IMG/VR virus record: IMGVR_UViG_3300036824_000037
Coordinates: 32,001-96,000 of that record
Length of the DNA: 64,000 nt
Source of the DNA: a virus
Lineage: Duplodnaviria > Caudoviricetes
Reading direction: 5' to 3' (one strand)
Of this stretch, positions 31,112-40,548 are shown in pieces. The position numbers and the translations under genes were made by a program. The number at the start of each line of letters is the position of its first letter. Position 1 is the stretch's first letter. The notes beneath the pieces were generated by a model. It saw nothing but the letters and a program-made list of their open reading frames with translations. It ran no database searches and was not told the origin of the DNA.

Positions 31112-32782
31112 TCAGCCGCGCACGAACCCCGTCACCAGTTGCGGCAGCGACGCGTCGAACCCCGCGACCGCGAGCACCCCCGGGTCGCGCGGGTCGCCGA
31201 TCGAATGCCCGGCCGCCGTCATCGACGCGACCACCAGCCGCGCCGCCGGATTGACCGCCGCGCGGTACGCCGCGAGCTCCTGCACCGGATGCGAACCGCC
31301 CTGCCACGTCTCGTTGTCCGTGAGCGCCAGCACCCCGTCCACCGCGAGCCCCTGCCGGCACGCCCACGAGAACGGCAGCGCGAGGTTCGTGCCGCCGCCC
31401 GACGGACGCCACGACGCGATCTCCCGCAGGTTCGTGCGCGCAGTGACCCGCGAGGCGTGCACGGAGGTGTCCACGTCGATGACGTGCGCGTTGCCGCGCT
31501 CGATCCGCGCCATGATGACCGCCATCGCGCACCCGACCTCGTACGGCGACCCGATCGGCGAACCGCCGACCGTGACCGCCGCGCCCCAGGCGCCGGACAT
31601 GGATCCGCTGGAGTCCACCGCGACCAGCAGGCGCCGGCCGGAGGGCTGCACGTGCCCGAAGGAGAGCTCGTACGCCTCCTCCAGTGCGTCGCTGATCGCC
31701 GGGACCGGCGCCCACGTCTGTACGGGCACCTTCGGGTTGGGCTGCGAGCGCCCGGAGCCGTAGACCCGCAGCGCGAGGAACACGTCCAGCGGGTGGATGC
31801 GCCCGGCCGCGAGCGCCGACTGGTCGGTCAGCCGGGCTGCGGCGCGCCGGGTCGCGTCGCCCATGGGCTTCAGCGCCCCGATCCGGGTCATCCGCGCCAG
31901 GTTGCGGATCAGCGCGGTCATCCCGACCGTGTCGACCAGCGCCTCCCACACCTGCGGCGAGGTGAGCACGGCGTCGGGCAGGAACTCCCACGGCACGCCG
32001 CGCTCTGTGACGACCCGCACCGCGTCCTTCGGCGTGGTGACGGCCTTCGCGGTCAGGAACGCGTCCACGCTCGGCAGTACCTCCCGTGCGGTCTCGTCGG
32101 TGACGTTGCCCGCGATCCACCCCAGCAGCACCCGCCGCTGCTCGCTCTCGGCCTTCGGGTGAGCGATGCGCAGCAGGTCGCGCAGGCTGAAGGGCTCCCC
32201 GGTGGGGGTCTTGCGGGCCATGGCCTTGCACGCCTGGAACGCGATCCGGTCCGGGGCGTCGCCCAGGAACAGGTCAGCGAACGCGCCACGGGTGAGGCGT
32301 CCGATCTTCGGGGAGGATCCTGCGCCGGAGGGCTTGCCGTGGGCGTTCTTCCAGTAGCCGAAGAACACGGCCCGGTGGAAGGTGGTGCGTGCGACCTTCG
32401 GCAGCGCCGCGCGGGCGGCGCGGCGGGTGTCCAGGTCGCCGCGGGTGATCGCGGCGGCGAGCAGGAACAGCGCGGGGTGGTTCTTGGGTGCACGCGGCGG
32501 ATGTCCGGCGGAGACGTCCACGGCCAGGGCGACGGCGCGGGGCCCGTCCTGCGCGATGGCGTCGTACACGACCTGGACGTTGTCGAGGGTGAGCTTCTGC
32601 TCGCCGACGTAGTACGTTCCGCCCGATGTGCCGATGATCAAGAAATCCTCGAGGCGGGTGAAGGTGTCCTTGGCGTAGGTGTAGCCGCCGGCGTTGTTCT
32701 GTACCTGGCCGGTGGCGCCGGGGATGGGCTGGGTCTGCGGGGTGCGCAGCGTGGTGACGGCCGCGAGGGGGTCACGGGACAC
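31112..32782 (-). CDS. rsr: Ro60/Rsr TROVE-vWA RNA-binding protein
   Basis: [37 protein letters not shown], vWA MIDAS DSSGSM, GGTN, LTDNETW, GFDAS. Confidence 0.92.
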   Translation of the reverse strand: MSRDPLAAVTTLRTPQTQPIPGATGQVQNNAGGYTYAKDTFTRLEDFLIIGTSGGTYYVGEQKLTLDNVQVVYDAIAQDGPRAVALAVDVSAGHPPRAPKNHPALFLLAAAITRGDLDTRRAARAALPKVARTTFHRAVFFGYWKNAHGKPSGAGSSPKIGRLTRGAFADLFLGDAPDRIAFQACKAMARKTPTGEPFSLRDLLRIAHPKAESEQRRVLLGWIAGNVTDETAREVLPSVDAFLTAKAVTTPKDAVRVVTERGVPWEFLPDAVLTSPQVWEALVDTVGMTALIRNLARMTRIGALKPMGDATRRAAARLTDQSALAAGRIHPLDVFLALRVYGSGRSQPNPKVPVQTWAPVPAISDALEEAYELSFGHVQPSGRRLLVAVDSSGSMSGAWGAAVTVGGSPIGSPYEVGCAMAVIMARIERGNAHVIDVDTSVHASRVTARTNLREIASWRPSGGGTNLALPFSWACRQGLAVDGVLALTDNETWQGGSHPVQELAAYRAAVNPAARLVVASMTAAGHSIGDPRDPGVLAVAGFDASLPQLVTGFVRG

Positions 32783-32794
32783 GGGTGCCTCCGG

Positions 32795-32825
32795 GTTCGA
32801 CCCGCCACAGGGGGCGGATGTGGGG
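32795..32825 (-). promoter_or_regulatory. Permuted Ro-binding hairpin in the rsr leader
   Basis: CCCCACAUCCGCC-CCCUGU-GGCGGGUCGAAC: the two Y-RNA stem strands in reversed order, 2 nt before the GGAGG SD (32792-32788). Confidence 0.6.
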
Positions 32826-32836
32826 TTCGAAAGCGT

Positions 32837-32969
32837 GGAGCGGATGTGGGGGTGAGTACCGCGTTAATGTCCTAGGCCGCTAGACGACAGGGCGCTTGCG
32901 CGCCCCGGTGGGATTCGAACCCACGTCCTTCCTGGGAAAGAGGTAAGCGACACTCGTTCGACCCGCTCC
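32837..32969 (-). ncRNA. yrlA: YrlA-type Y RNA with permuted tRNA-like domain
   Basis: Terminal stem GGAGCGGGUCGAAC...ACAUCCGCUCC; T arm GUGGG-UUCGAAU-CCCAC, acceptor-like stem closed by GCAA, then D arm GUCU-AGCGGCCUA-GGAC; directly upstream of rsr. Confidence 0.88.
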
Positions 32970-33003
32970 CAAGCCTTCGCTGTTCAGTTGTAGCCGAGGC
33001 GGA

Positions 33004-33069
33004 ACGGATGTGGGCGTTGGGACCGGAAAGGAACCCAAGCAATGGATAACCGATCCCTGTTCGACCCGT
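33004..33069 (-). ncRNA. Second, short Y RNA without tRNA-like domain
   Basis: Same stem motif ACGGGUCGAAC...CCCACAUCCGU enclosing a different inner sequence. Confidence 0.7.
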
Positions 33070-33791
33070 CGAGCGCGTGCGCCAGGTACTGGACGGGACG
33101 ATAGCCGCCCGCCCGCCTAGGCGCGAATCGTTTCCCGCCACATCGCGCGTTTCGTTGCGTGGCGTCGCCTTTCGTCATCGCTTCGTTGCGCGACTCTGGC
33201 CAGAAGCGTTCGATTGGATCGCTGCGCACCACAGTGCCACCATCGGGGCCATGGCAACTGATCGGCCGTTGACCACCGCCCAGACCCAGGCGCTGCGGTA
33301 CGTCCAAGACGTGACCGCGACGGCATTGGACCGCTGGCCGCAAGCGAGCGACGAGGAGCGGCGGGACCTGCTCGCGTCGCTGCGCCTTCACGCGGACCAG
33401 GCGGCGCTGCTGCTGCACGCGGACCTGGACGGGAGTGGCCGATGATCCGCGCGTATGTGGCGCACGCCCAGTACGGCGGCGCGGTCGCGATCTCCCTGGT
33501 GTTGCACGGCGCGGAGCCGGACATCCCGCGCCGGATCCTGCGGGTCGTCTCGTCCGGTGAGGGCGACGAGTACCGGATGCACACCGAGTGGCATCAGTTC
33601 GACCCCTATGACGCGGTGCCGCCGACGCTGACTCTGGGCCACGACGAGGCGATCGCGCTGATGGAGGCGCTGCGCACCCACTACTCGGGCGTGGACGACG
33701 CGCGGATGCTGCGGTCGGACTACGACAAGGAACGCGGCCGAGTGGATGACCTGCTCAAGGTCGTGTCCGAGGTGGCACTCGGGAGGGCGGC

Positions 33792-34238
33792 GTGACCAGA
33801 TTCAACGCGATCGAAGCGCCCCTGCAGGCCGCAGCGGAGCGCGCGGCCGAGCGGATACGCGTACATCTCGTCGAGGACGGGGAGGCCGCCAGGGCCGCAA
33901 CGCCCGGGCGGTGGGAGAAGGTCGCGGACATCGACGAGTGCGACGAGTTCGAGGTGCGCTCGGATCAGAGTCCACCGGGACGCCCGCGCACCCTGTACCG
34001 CTGGGTCGTCAGCGCGGGCGGCCGTGGCGGCGTGTATGACGAGGCGGACGCCGACCACATCGCCCGGCACGACCCGGCGCGGGTGCTGGACCAGTGCGGT
34101 TCGCTCGCCGACGCGCTGATGGATCTGGAGCGGATCGCGACGCGCAGCCCGGACCCGGATTCGCGCATGTGGGCACGAGGCGTGATCCATCACCTGGCGC
34201 GCATCTGGGAACCGGACGAGGACGGCGCCGATGGCTGA
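33792..34238 (+). CDS. DUF6221-like phage protein
   Basis: ARAATPGRW...ADHIARHDPARVL. Confidence 0.55.
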   Translation: MTRFNAIEAPLQAAAERAAERIRVHLVEDGEAARAATPGRWEKVADIDECDEFEVRSDQSPPGRPRTLYRWVVSAGGRGGVYDEADADHIARHDPARVLDQCGSLADALMDLERIATRSPDPDSRMWARGVIHHLARIWEPDEDGADG

Positions 34239-37200
34239 CCGTGATGCGGTGCTCGTGACGCTGACCGCCGAAATCCCGACGCGGCCCGGCCCGGCGCCGG
34301 TGGCGCCGGCAGGGCCGTACGCGCGCCTACTCCGGAGTCAAGGCGTCAGCGCCGGCGAACTGGAGCGGATCAAGGCGGGGCTACTCGCGCTCGCCGGACC
34401 GGAGGCCACCGCATGACCGAGTTTACGATCCAACTCGTCGGCGACCGGGGCGTGCTGCTCGTGGAGGGCCGCGTGAGCCCCCTGTTTGGCGAGCTGGTCG
34501 GCTGCAAGATCGAACGCATCATGCCGCTGGACTTCACACGCCCCGACCCGCCCCCGTCCCACATCAGTGCGTTGCCCAAGCCCGTCGTGGAGGTGACGCT
34601 GCGCCTGCCGCTCGGCGGCAACGACCGGCTCACGCTGGTGCGCGACACCAGCATCGAGACGCTGAACGGGCCGACCGAATCGGAGATCCGCTCGTCGGGG
34701 CCGGGTGCGGTGGCGCTGCTGGACCGGTGGCTCGCCCAGCATGAGGACGAGCCGGGTGGGGCGCTGATCGCGAAGGCGCGGGAACTGCTCACCGGGAACG
34801 CCGATTGGAGGCGGCAACCGTGAGCGGGCACACGTCCTGGGCCGCTTACAGAGCGTGCCGAGAGCGTGCCATGTGGGACGCATCGACCCCGCAGCAGCGC
34901 CGTGAGCGCGCGACATGCAGGCGCCGCGACAGGGGCACCCTCGACCGCGCCCTGTGGGCCGGGCAGGTGCGCGACAAGCTCACCCAAGCCTTGGGCGCGG
35001 CCAGCCGGGCGAGCCGTTCGACTGGCGGGTATGGCCACCCACCGACGAACAGGAGATCGCGGACGCTGCGGCGCGCGAGTTCGGGTTCAAACCGTTCAGG
35101 GCGCCGGGGCGTTACGATCCGGCGCTTGACGGCGTCACCACCGCGGCGGAACGAGAGGCCGCACACCAGGCGCTGATGGACGGGCTGGCCGAGTTGAGGT
35201 TCTCTAGCGCGTACGGCCAGGCGTGGGCCGCGCCAGCCTACGTCGGCCAGTTACGGCGCGACCGGAACGGGGTGTTCGGCGAGTTCGACCCGACGCCCCC
35301 GCGCATCGCTGAACCTGAGCGCCGCCGTCACCGCTGCGACGAGCGCTGCACCTGCCCGGCGGACGGCAAGCCGATGTTCTACGCCCCGTCGCAGGCCGTG
35401 CACGCCTGCGTCGACCCTGACTGCCGCTATGCGCGGCCGGAAGACCTGCCGTGAGCGACCAGGTGACCGCCTACCAGGGCGCACCGTCCACCCCGATGCC
35501 CGCCCTGCCCGCGACGGCGTTCCTGCACGTCTGGTTGGACATCGCCCTGAACGACCCGGTGGGGCGGCCGGTGCTCTGCCCGCGCTGCCGCGCCGTGGCC
35601 GCGTCGGTGGAGGTCGGGCGCGGCGAGCCGGCCTGGTTCCGGATCGGGCCGTGCGGGTGCCTGTTCGAGATCGTTGGGGGCGGCTGATGCGCTTCCGAAC
35701 CTGGGTGCGTTTCCCCGACGGCGCGATCCGCCACGCCCGCTACGACTCGGTCACCGACACCGTGACCCGGTTCCTGTGCGCCGACGCCGACGAGGCCCTG
35801 CATCTCGGCGGGGCGATGGACGACGACTACGACCCGGCGTGGGACGGACTCGGCATGCCGGTGACGCTCGCGACCGATTACGACGACACGCACTGGCCTG
35901 GGACCGCGTACCGGGAGCCGGGCTCGGACTGGTGGTGGCTGACCTCCGGCACCGAGCCGGGCGACGACGTTATCCGCGAGGGGCTGCCGGGGTGGGCGCG
36001 CGGATGAGCGAGGGGAACGCGGCGGCGTGACCCGCGCCCCGGTGGACGAGCGGCACGCCTGCCCGGGTCTGGTGTGGATCGACTCCGACGCCCACCCGTG
36101 CGGACTGTGGTGGCGCCACGACGGCGAGCATGTGCCGTTCGTGGGGGATTACCTGCCGCCGCCGCTCCTGCACCCGCTCGACGCGCGACTGGTCCCGATC
36201 CGGGCGCGCGAGACGGGGACTGCGTGCCCGAACGGGCATGGCGGCCGGTGGTTCGAGCCGTTCCCGGGGCGGCGGTGGTGGATCGAGCCGAGCTACCAGG
36301 TGGAGGCGACGACAGCGTTGCGGCACTTCGTGGACGGCCACTGGCTGGCGCCGCAGACCGAGCTCGAGTGGCGGTTCGAACCATGTGGGTGCACGTTCCG
36401 GGAGATTGTCACAGCGCCCGATGTCGAATTGAACTGAACAACTCGACGCGGTGTTGCGGACACTGCAACGCTGGTCAGGCGGCGCGCCGGGCTTGGCGGA
36501 TCACGCCCTCGACGGCGAGATCACGCGCGAACGCCGCGGCGTCGCGCAGCAGCCGGGGTATCCCACAGGAGCACGGGGTTCCCGCGCCGTCGAACTGGGC
36601 GCAAAGATCGTTATGGATGTTCGTGCTGTCGCTCGAGGCTGCGTCCAGGCGCTCGAGCAGATCCCACTCGGCGTCGGCTTCCGGGACTGTCCCCACGGGC
36701 CATTGTTGTACACCAGTCCGCTGACATGCGCGCCCCGATCACGGAAACCGGGGCGCGCGTGCAGGTCAGTGCTGAGGCGCCTGCCTGTGGCGCATCATGG
36801 CGCACAGCGCGGACCAGGTTGCGCGGGCGGCCTGGTAGATGAGCGCGAACCCGAGCCTCCACGCGGTGCCGACACTGAGGGCGCCCTGCTCCTCGGCGGA
36901 CAGTTTGTCGGGGTGCCAGAGGAACACGGTGGCGCCCTCGCCGGGCTCCGACGCGACACCCACGATCCACTTGCCGCCGCCGGACACGTCGCGCCCGACG
37001 CACACCGTTTCGGAGTGCAGCGCGGGCCTACAGAACGTCGCGTGGGTCATCGCACGGGCCTCAGCAGAGTGAGCACGGGCCGCTCCGGCTCGTCGCCGCG
37101 CCGTTCGGCCGCCTCGGCGGCTTCCCGCCCGAGGGTGATCAGTTCGAACGCGCGGAACAGGTCGGCGAGTTCCTCGCGGGTGACGGTGTCGAGGCGGGCA

Positions 37201-37300
37201 ATGGCGCGGTAGTCGGCGGCGGTCTTGCCCGCGACGTAGCCCTGCCGGTAGGCGACGCTGTTCCACATCAGGTTGTGGACGAGTTTGCGCAGGCGACGGA

Positions 37301-37666
37301 TCATGCTCCACCGCCTGTCGCCGCGTAGAGGCGCCGGGCCAGGGTGTCGATCGTCGCCTGGAGTGCGGCGCGGTCGGCGAAGTCCGCCGCCGTCCACAGG
37401 CGCACCGCCAGCATCCGCGCCCCGTCGGCGGTGAAGTCGGCGGCCGGTCGCGGCAGGTCGCACAGGCGCACGCCCGGCGCCTGCCCCTCGGCCTGGTTGA
37501 CGATGACGTGCTCGCCGAACGCGTCGCCCTGCCCGGTCCAGTGGTCGTCGGTGACGCCCGGCTCGATATGCGCGGCCTGACACCAGGGCGGGCAGGTCGG
37601 CAGGCTGAACTCGTCGTGCAGGCTCGGGGCCGCGGAGGGCGTGGGTGTGGTGGTGAGAGACTGCAT
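37301..37666 (-). CDS. DUF6907-like protein
   Basis: TCPPWCQAAH...FTADGARMLAVRLWTAAD. Confidence 0.55.
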   Translation of the reverse strand: MQSLTTTPTPSAAPSLHDEFSLPTCPPWCQAAHIEPGVTDDHWTGQGDAFGEHVIVNQAEGQAPGVRLCDLPRPAADFTADGARMLAVRLWTAADFADRAALQATIDTLARRLYAATGGGA

Positions 37667-37735
37667 CTGATCCGGATTCCTTCCACGGGACGGATCAAGG
37701 CCCGGCAGCGTTTGCGCGCTGCCGGGCCACTTGTG

Positions 37736-37939
37736 TTACGCCGCGAGGACGGCGTCGATGTTGAGGTACTCGTGCAATGCGGCGTCCGGGATCCGGAACT
37801 GGTTGCCGACTTTCACGGCCTTGAGTTCGCCGCTGTGGATCAGGCGGTACACGGTGGCCTTCCCGATGTGAAGCGCCTCCGCCACCGCCTCTGGTGTGTA
37901 CATCTCGCCGAGGTCGGGCCGGTTTTTCGGCGCTGCCAT
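37736..37939 (-). CDS. Excisionase-family HTH protein
   Basis: YTPEAVAEALHIGKATVYRLIHSGELKAVKVGNQFRIP. Confidence 0.88.
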   Translation of the reverse strand: MAAPKNRPDLGEMYTPEAVAEALHIGKATVYRLIHSGELKAVKVGNQFRIPDAALHEYLNIDAVLAA

Positions 37940-37982
37940 CGGGCCTCCTCTGTGTTGTTGACTCCCATGAGGCAGAGTATCA

Positions 37983-38000
37983 CTACACGCACTGTACTGC
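37983..38000. promoter_or_regulatory. Putative operator upstream of Xis-like gene 2
   Basis: CTACACGCACTGTACTGC matches reverse complement of 38811-38828 at 17/18. Confidence 0.6.
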
Positions 38001-38035
38001 TACACTGATCCTGATGAAACTCATGAGAACGGCGA

Positions 38036-38063
38036 AAGCCCCGGCCATCGGCGGCCGGGGCTT
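38036..38063 (-). terminator. Terminator after GntR gene 2
   Basis: AAGCCCCGGCC / GGCCGGGGCTT stem, same stem base as 8404 terminator. Confidence 0.7.
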
Positions 38064-38085
38064 CACAACGGAGGCACGGGTGGCG

Positions 38086-38787
38086 TCACAACTCGAACTG
38101 CACCACGTACCGCTCCGCACTCATGACGAACTGCGCCACCTCCACCGCACGCCCCGCCGCCGTGCGCGCCTGACGCACCGCGCGCAACAGCGAGATACCG
38201 GTGCGCACACCCAGCTCGCTGCGCTCCTCGCGCCGACCCACGGGTGCGCCGACCCACACCGACGCCGACCCGGCCGGGAAGCCCAGCCGCGCCAGCTCCG
38301 CGACCGTCCCGTCCGGGATGACCTCGCGGCGCGCCAGCGCGGTGCCGTCGGCCACGTCCATCGGGTAGTAGGCCGTGACCAGCTCGACCGGTCCGAGCCG
38401 CTCGCGCACGATCGCCGACCGGCGTTCGATCACCACCGCCCCAGTCTCGATGCCGAGCAGGTCGGCGGCAAAGCGGGGCGCACCGACCGGGCCGACTGCC
38501 GCGATCCTCTCGCTCTCCCCGTCTCGCAGCGCCCGGTCGAGAGTGAGGGGCACCTCCGTGACCTCGGTCGGCACGCGCACGAAAACTCCGACGCCCTGGC
38601 GCACCTCGACCGCGCCGTCCGCTCGCAGGGCCGACAGTGCCCGCTGCACGGTCTGCGTCGAGACGTCGTACTGGTCCATCAGGTCGCGCACCGACGGCAG
38701 CCGGCCGCCGGGGGGCCATTCCCCGTCCGTGATCCTGGCCTGCAACTCGCTCGCGATGCGCTGCGCACCCATGGTCAGCTCCGCCAC
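38086..38787 (-). CDS. GntR-family (UTRA) repressor 2
   Basis: PGGRLPSVRDLMDQYDVSTQTVQRAL...GVGVFV plus UTRA-like C-terminus. Confidence 0.88.
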   Translation of the reverse strand: MAELTMGAQRIASELQARITDGEWPPGGRLPSVRDLMDQYDVSTQTVQRALSALRADGAVEVRQGVGVFVRVPTEVTEVPLTLDRALRDGESERIAAVGPVGAPRFAADLLGIETGAVVIERRSAIVRERLGPVELVTAYYPMDVADGTALARREVIPDGTVAELARLGFPAGSASVWVGAPVGRREERSELGVRTGISLLRAVRQARTAAGRAVEVAQFVMSAERYVVQFEL

Positions 38788-38810
38788 GGCCGTCCTTCCG
38801 TCGTAGCACG

Positions 38811-38828
38811 GCAGCACAGTGCGTGTAG
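38811..38828. promoter_or_regulatory. Putative operator upstream of GntR gene 2
   Basis: GCAGCACAGTGCGTGTAG, inverted copy of 37983-38000. Confidence 0.6.
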
Positions 38829-39103
38829 CACTGATCTCAGTGTCGCACTGTATCGGTTCGGTGCCACGGCAGGCCGCCGGTGACCGCGCTTGACGACTAC
38901 GACTGCGGCTACGCCGATGGCGTCGAGGAAGGGCGCCGACGGGCCGAGGCGGAGATCGCACAGTCCTGGGCCGAACTCGCCCGCAGCATCCGGCGCGACG
39001 CCGAACGGCTACGCGGACCCGTACCGGAACCCCAGCGGCGCGAGCAGCACGACGACAGCATCTGGTTCACGCCCGCCGAGCGGGCCATATGGGCGGGTGA
39101 AGC

Positions 39104-40321
39104 GTGATCGAGGACAACGTCGCCTACGCGGGCTTTCGGGACTTCATGGACGAGCAGGACCGCGCCGAGCACGACCCCGGACCCCCTGACGACGAACCCG
39201 CGCCGGACGATGAACGGGCGCAGTCGCGGCGGATCGTCCTGACCCCGGCGTCGAAGATCAAGCTTCGCAAGGTCGAGTGGCTCTGGGACACCACCCCGGA
39301 GGGCGAGTTCCCCACCTCGCACGGGCGCATCCCCGCGAACACGCTCGCCCTCGGCTCCGGCGGCGCCGGGATCGGCAAGTCGCAGTTCTGCGCCTGGTTC
39401 GCCGCCCGCATCACGCGCGGGACACTGCCCGGCGCGCTGTTCGGCAGGCCCCGCTCCGTCATCTACGCCGCCACGGAAGACGACTGGGAGCGCACCATCG
39501 CGCCCCGTCTCGTCGCGGCCGGAGCCGACCTCGACCGGATCTACCGCATCGACGTCCGCGACGACGAGGACCTGCACGCCCGGCTCACCCTGCCGTCGGA
39601 CATCTCGCTTCTCGGCAAGGCGTCCGAGCAGTACAACGTGGCGCTCGTCATCGCCGACCCGCTGCTGTCACTGATCGACGACAAGATCAACGACTATCGG
39701 CAGAAGGAAGTGCGCAACGCGCTCGAACCGCTGGCCGCCTGCGCGGGCAGGCACGGCTTCACGGTCCTCGGGCTGGTCCACTTCACCAAGTCCGGCGCGG
39801 CCGACCCGCTCAACCGCGTCTCGGGTTCGGGCGCCTTCGGCCAGGTCGTGCGGTCCGTGGTCGCGTTCGTGCGCAACGAGTCGGAGGACGGCGGCCCGAA
39901 GTTCGTGATGTCGCAGGTCAAGAACAACCTGGGCCGGCTGGACCTGCCGTCGTTCAGCTACTCGATCGAACCGGTGACCGTCGCGACGGAAGAGGGCGAC
40001 GCGTACCTGTCCAAGTTCGTGCTCGGCGAGGAGACCACGACGTCGGTCACGCAGGTGATGCGGGCGGAGTTGCAGGGCTCCGAGGACAACGGCGCCACGG
40101 GCGAGGCGATGGAGTGGCTGCGCGGGATTCTCGCGGACAACGGCGGCTCGGAAAAGCTCTCCGAGATCAAGAAGCTGGCGAAGAAGGAGGGCATCGCCGA
40201 GGCGACGCTCTACCGGGCATCCAAGAAACTCGGCGTCCGCTCGAAGGTCGTCGGGTTCGGCAAGGAGCGGACGTCGACCTGGTACCTGCGGGAGGCGTGG
40301 CCGACCGAGGAAGAGGCTTGA
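39104..40321 (+). CDS. AAA_25 / RepA-type helicase-like ATPase
   Basis: VEWLW, Walker A GGAGIGKS, Walker B LVIADP, VHFTK, GSGAF, KNNLG; C-terminal wHTH-like segment. Confidence 0.85.
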   Translation: MIEDNVAYAGFRDFMDEQDRAEHDPGPPDDEPAPDDERAQSRRIVLTPASKIKLRKVEWLWDTTPEGEFPTSHGRIPANTLALGSGGAGIGKSQFCAWFAARITRGTLPGALFGRPRSVIYAATEDDWERTIAPRLVAAGADLDRIYRIDVRDDEDLHARLTLPSDISLLGKASEQYNVALVIADPLLSLIDDKINDYRQKEVRNALEPLAACAGRHGFTVLGLVHFTKSGAADPLNRVSGSGAFGQVVRSVVAFVRNESEDGGPKFVMSQVKNNLGRLDLPSFSYSIEPVTVATEEGDAYLSKFVLGEETTTSVTQVMRAELQGSEDNGATGEAMEWLRGILADNGGSEKLSEIKKLAKKEGIAEATLYRASKKLGVRSKVVGFGKERTSTWYLREAWPTEEEA

Positions 40322-40344
40322 TCAACTATCACTCGCCTGCGCGT

Positions 40345-40548
40345 TGATAGCGATGAGAGTTATGAGAGTTATGCGCTTGACCTGCGGGTTAGCGGGAGGG
40401 GTCTTGATAGTTACGGGCGATCCCGGTGAGAGCTATGGAGCCCGACTTGATCATGGTCATCTTCATAACTCTCAGTCTCCATCCATAACTCTCACCATAA
40501 CTATCAACGAAGAAGAGCAGGTCAGAACCATAACTCTCATAACTATCA
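40345..40548. repeat. Putative replication origin 2: two inverted arms of 9-bp iterons
   Basis: TGA(G/T)AGYTA-like at 40345, 40354, 40363, 40405, 40427; inverse TAACT(C/A)TCA at 40466, 40486, 40498, 40531, 40540; lower GC than surroundings. Confidence 0.8.

Noticed and set aside
31025-32875. Long antisense ORFs (e.g. 31025..32875, 40684..42420, 51609..53873, 55969..57471)
   Set aside because: Shadow frames of real genes in high-GC DNA; no recognisable motifs.
32868-32925. tRNA gene (GGTTCGAATCC T loop and D-arm-like sequence)
   Set aside because: T arm precedes D arm, the acceptor stem is closed by a GCAA loop, and there is no anticodon arm or CCA end; fits YrlA.
33141-33190. Short NN-CGT period-5 stretch upstream of the Y RNAs as a second guide array
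   Set aside because: Only about 9 imperfect units, different core, no GGCA delimiters; more likely promoter/operator repeats (TTCGTTGCG twice) or chance.
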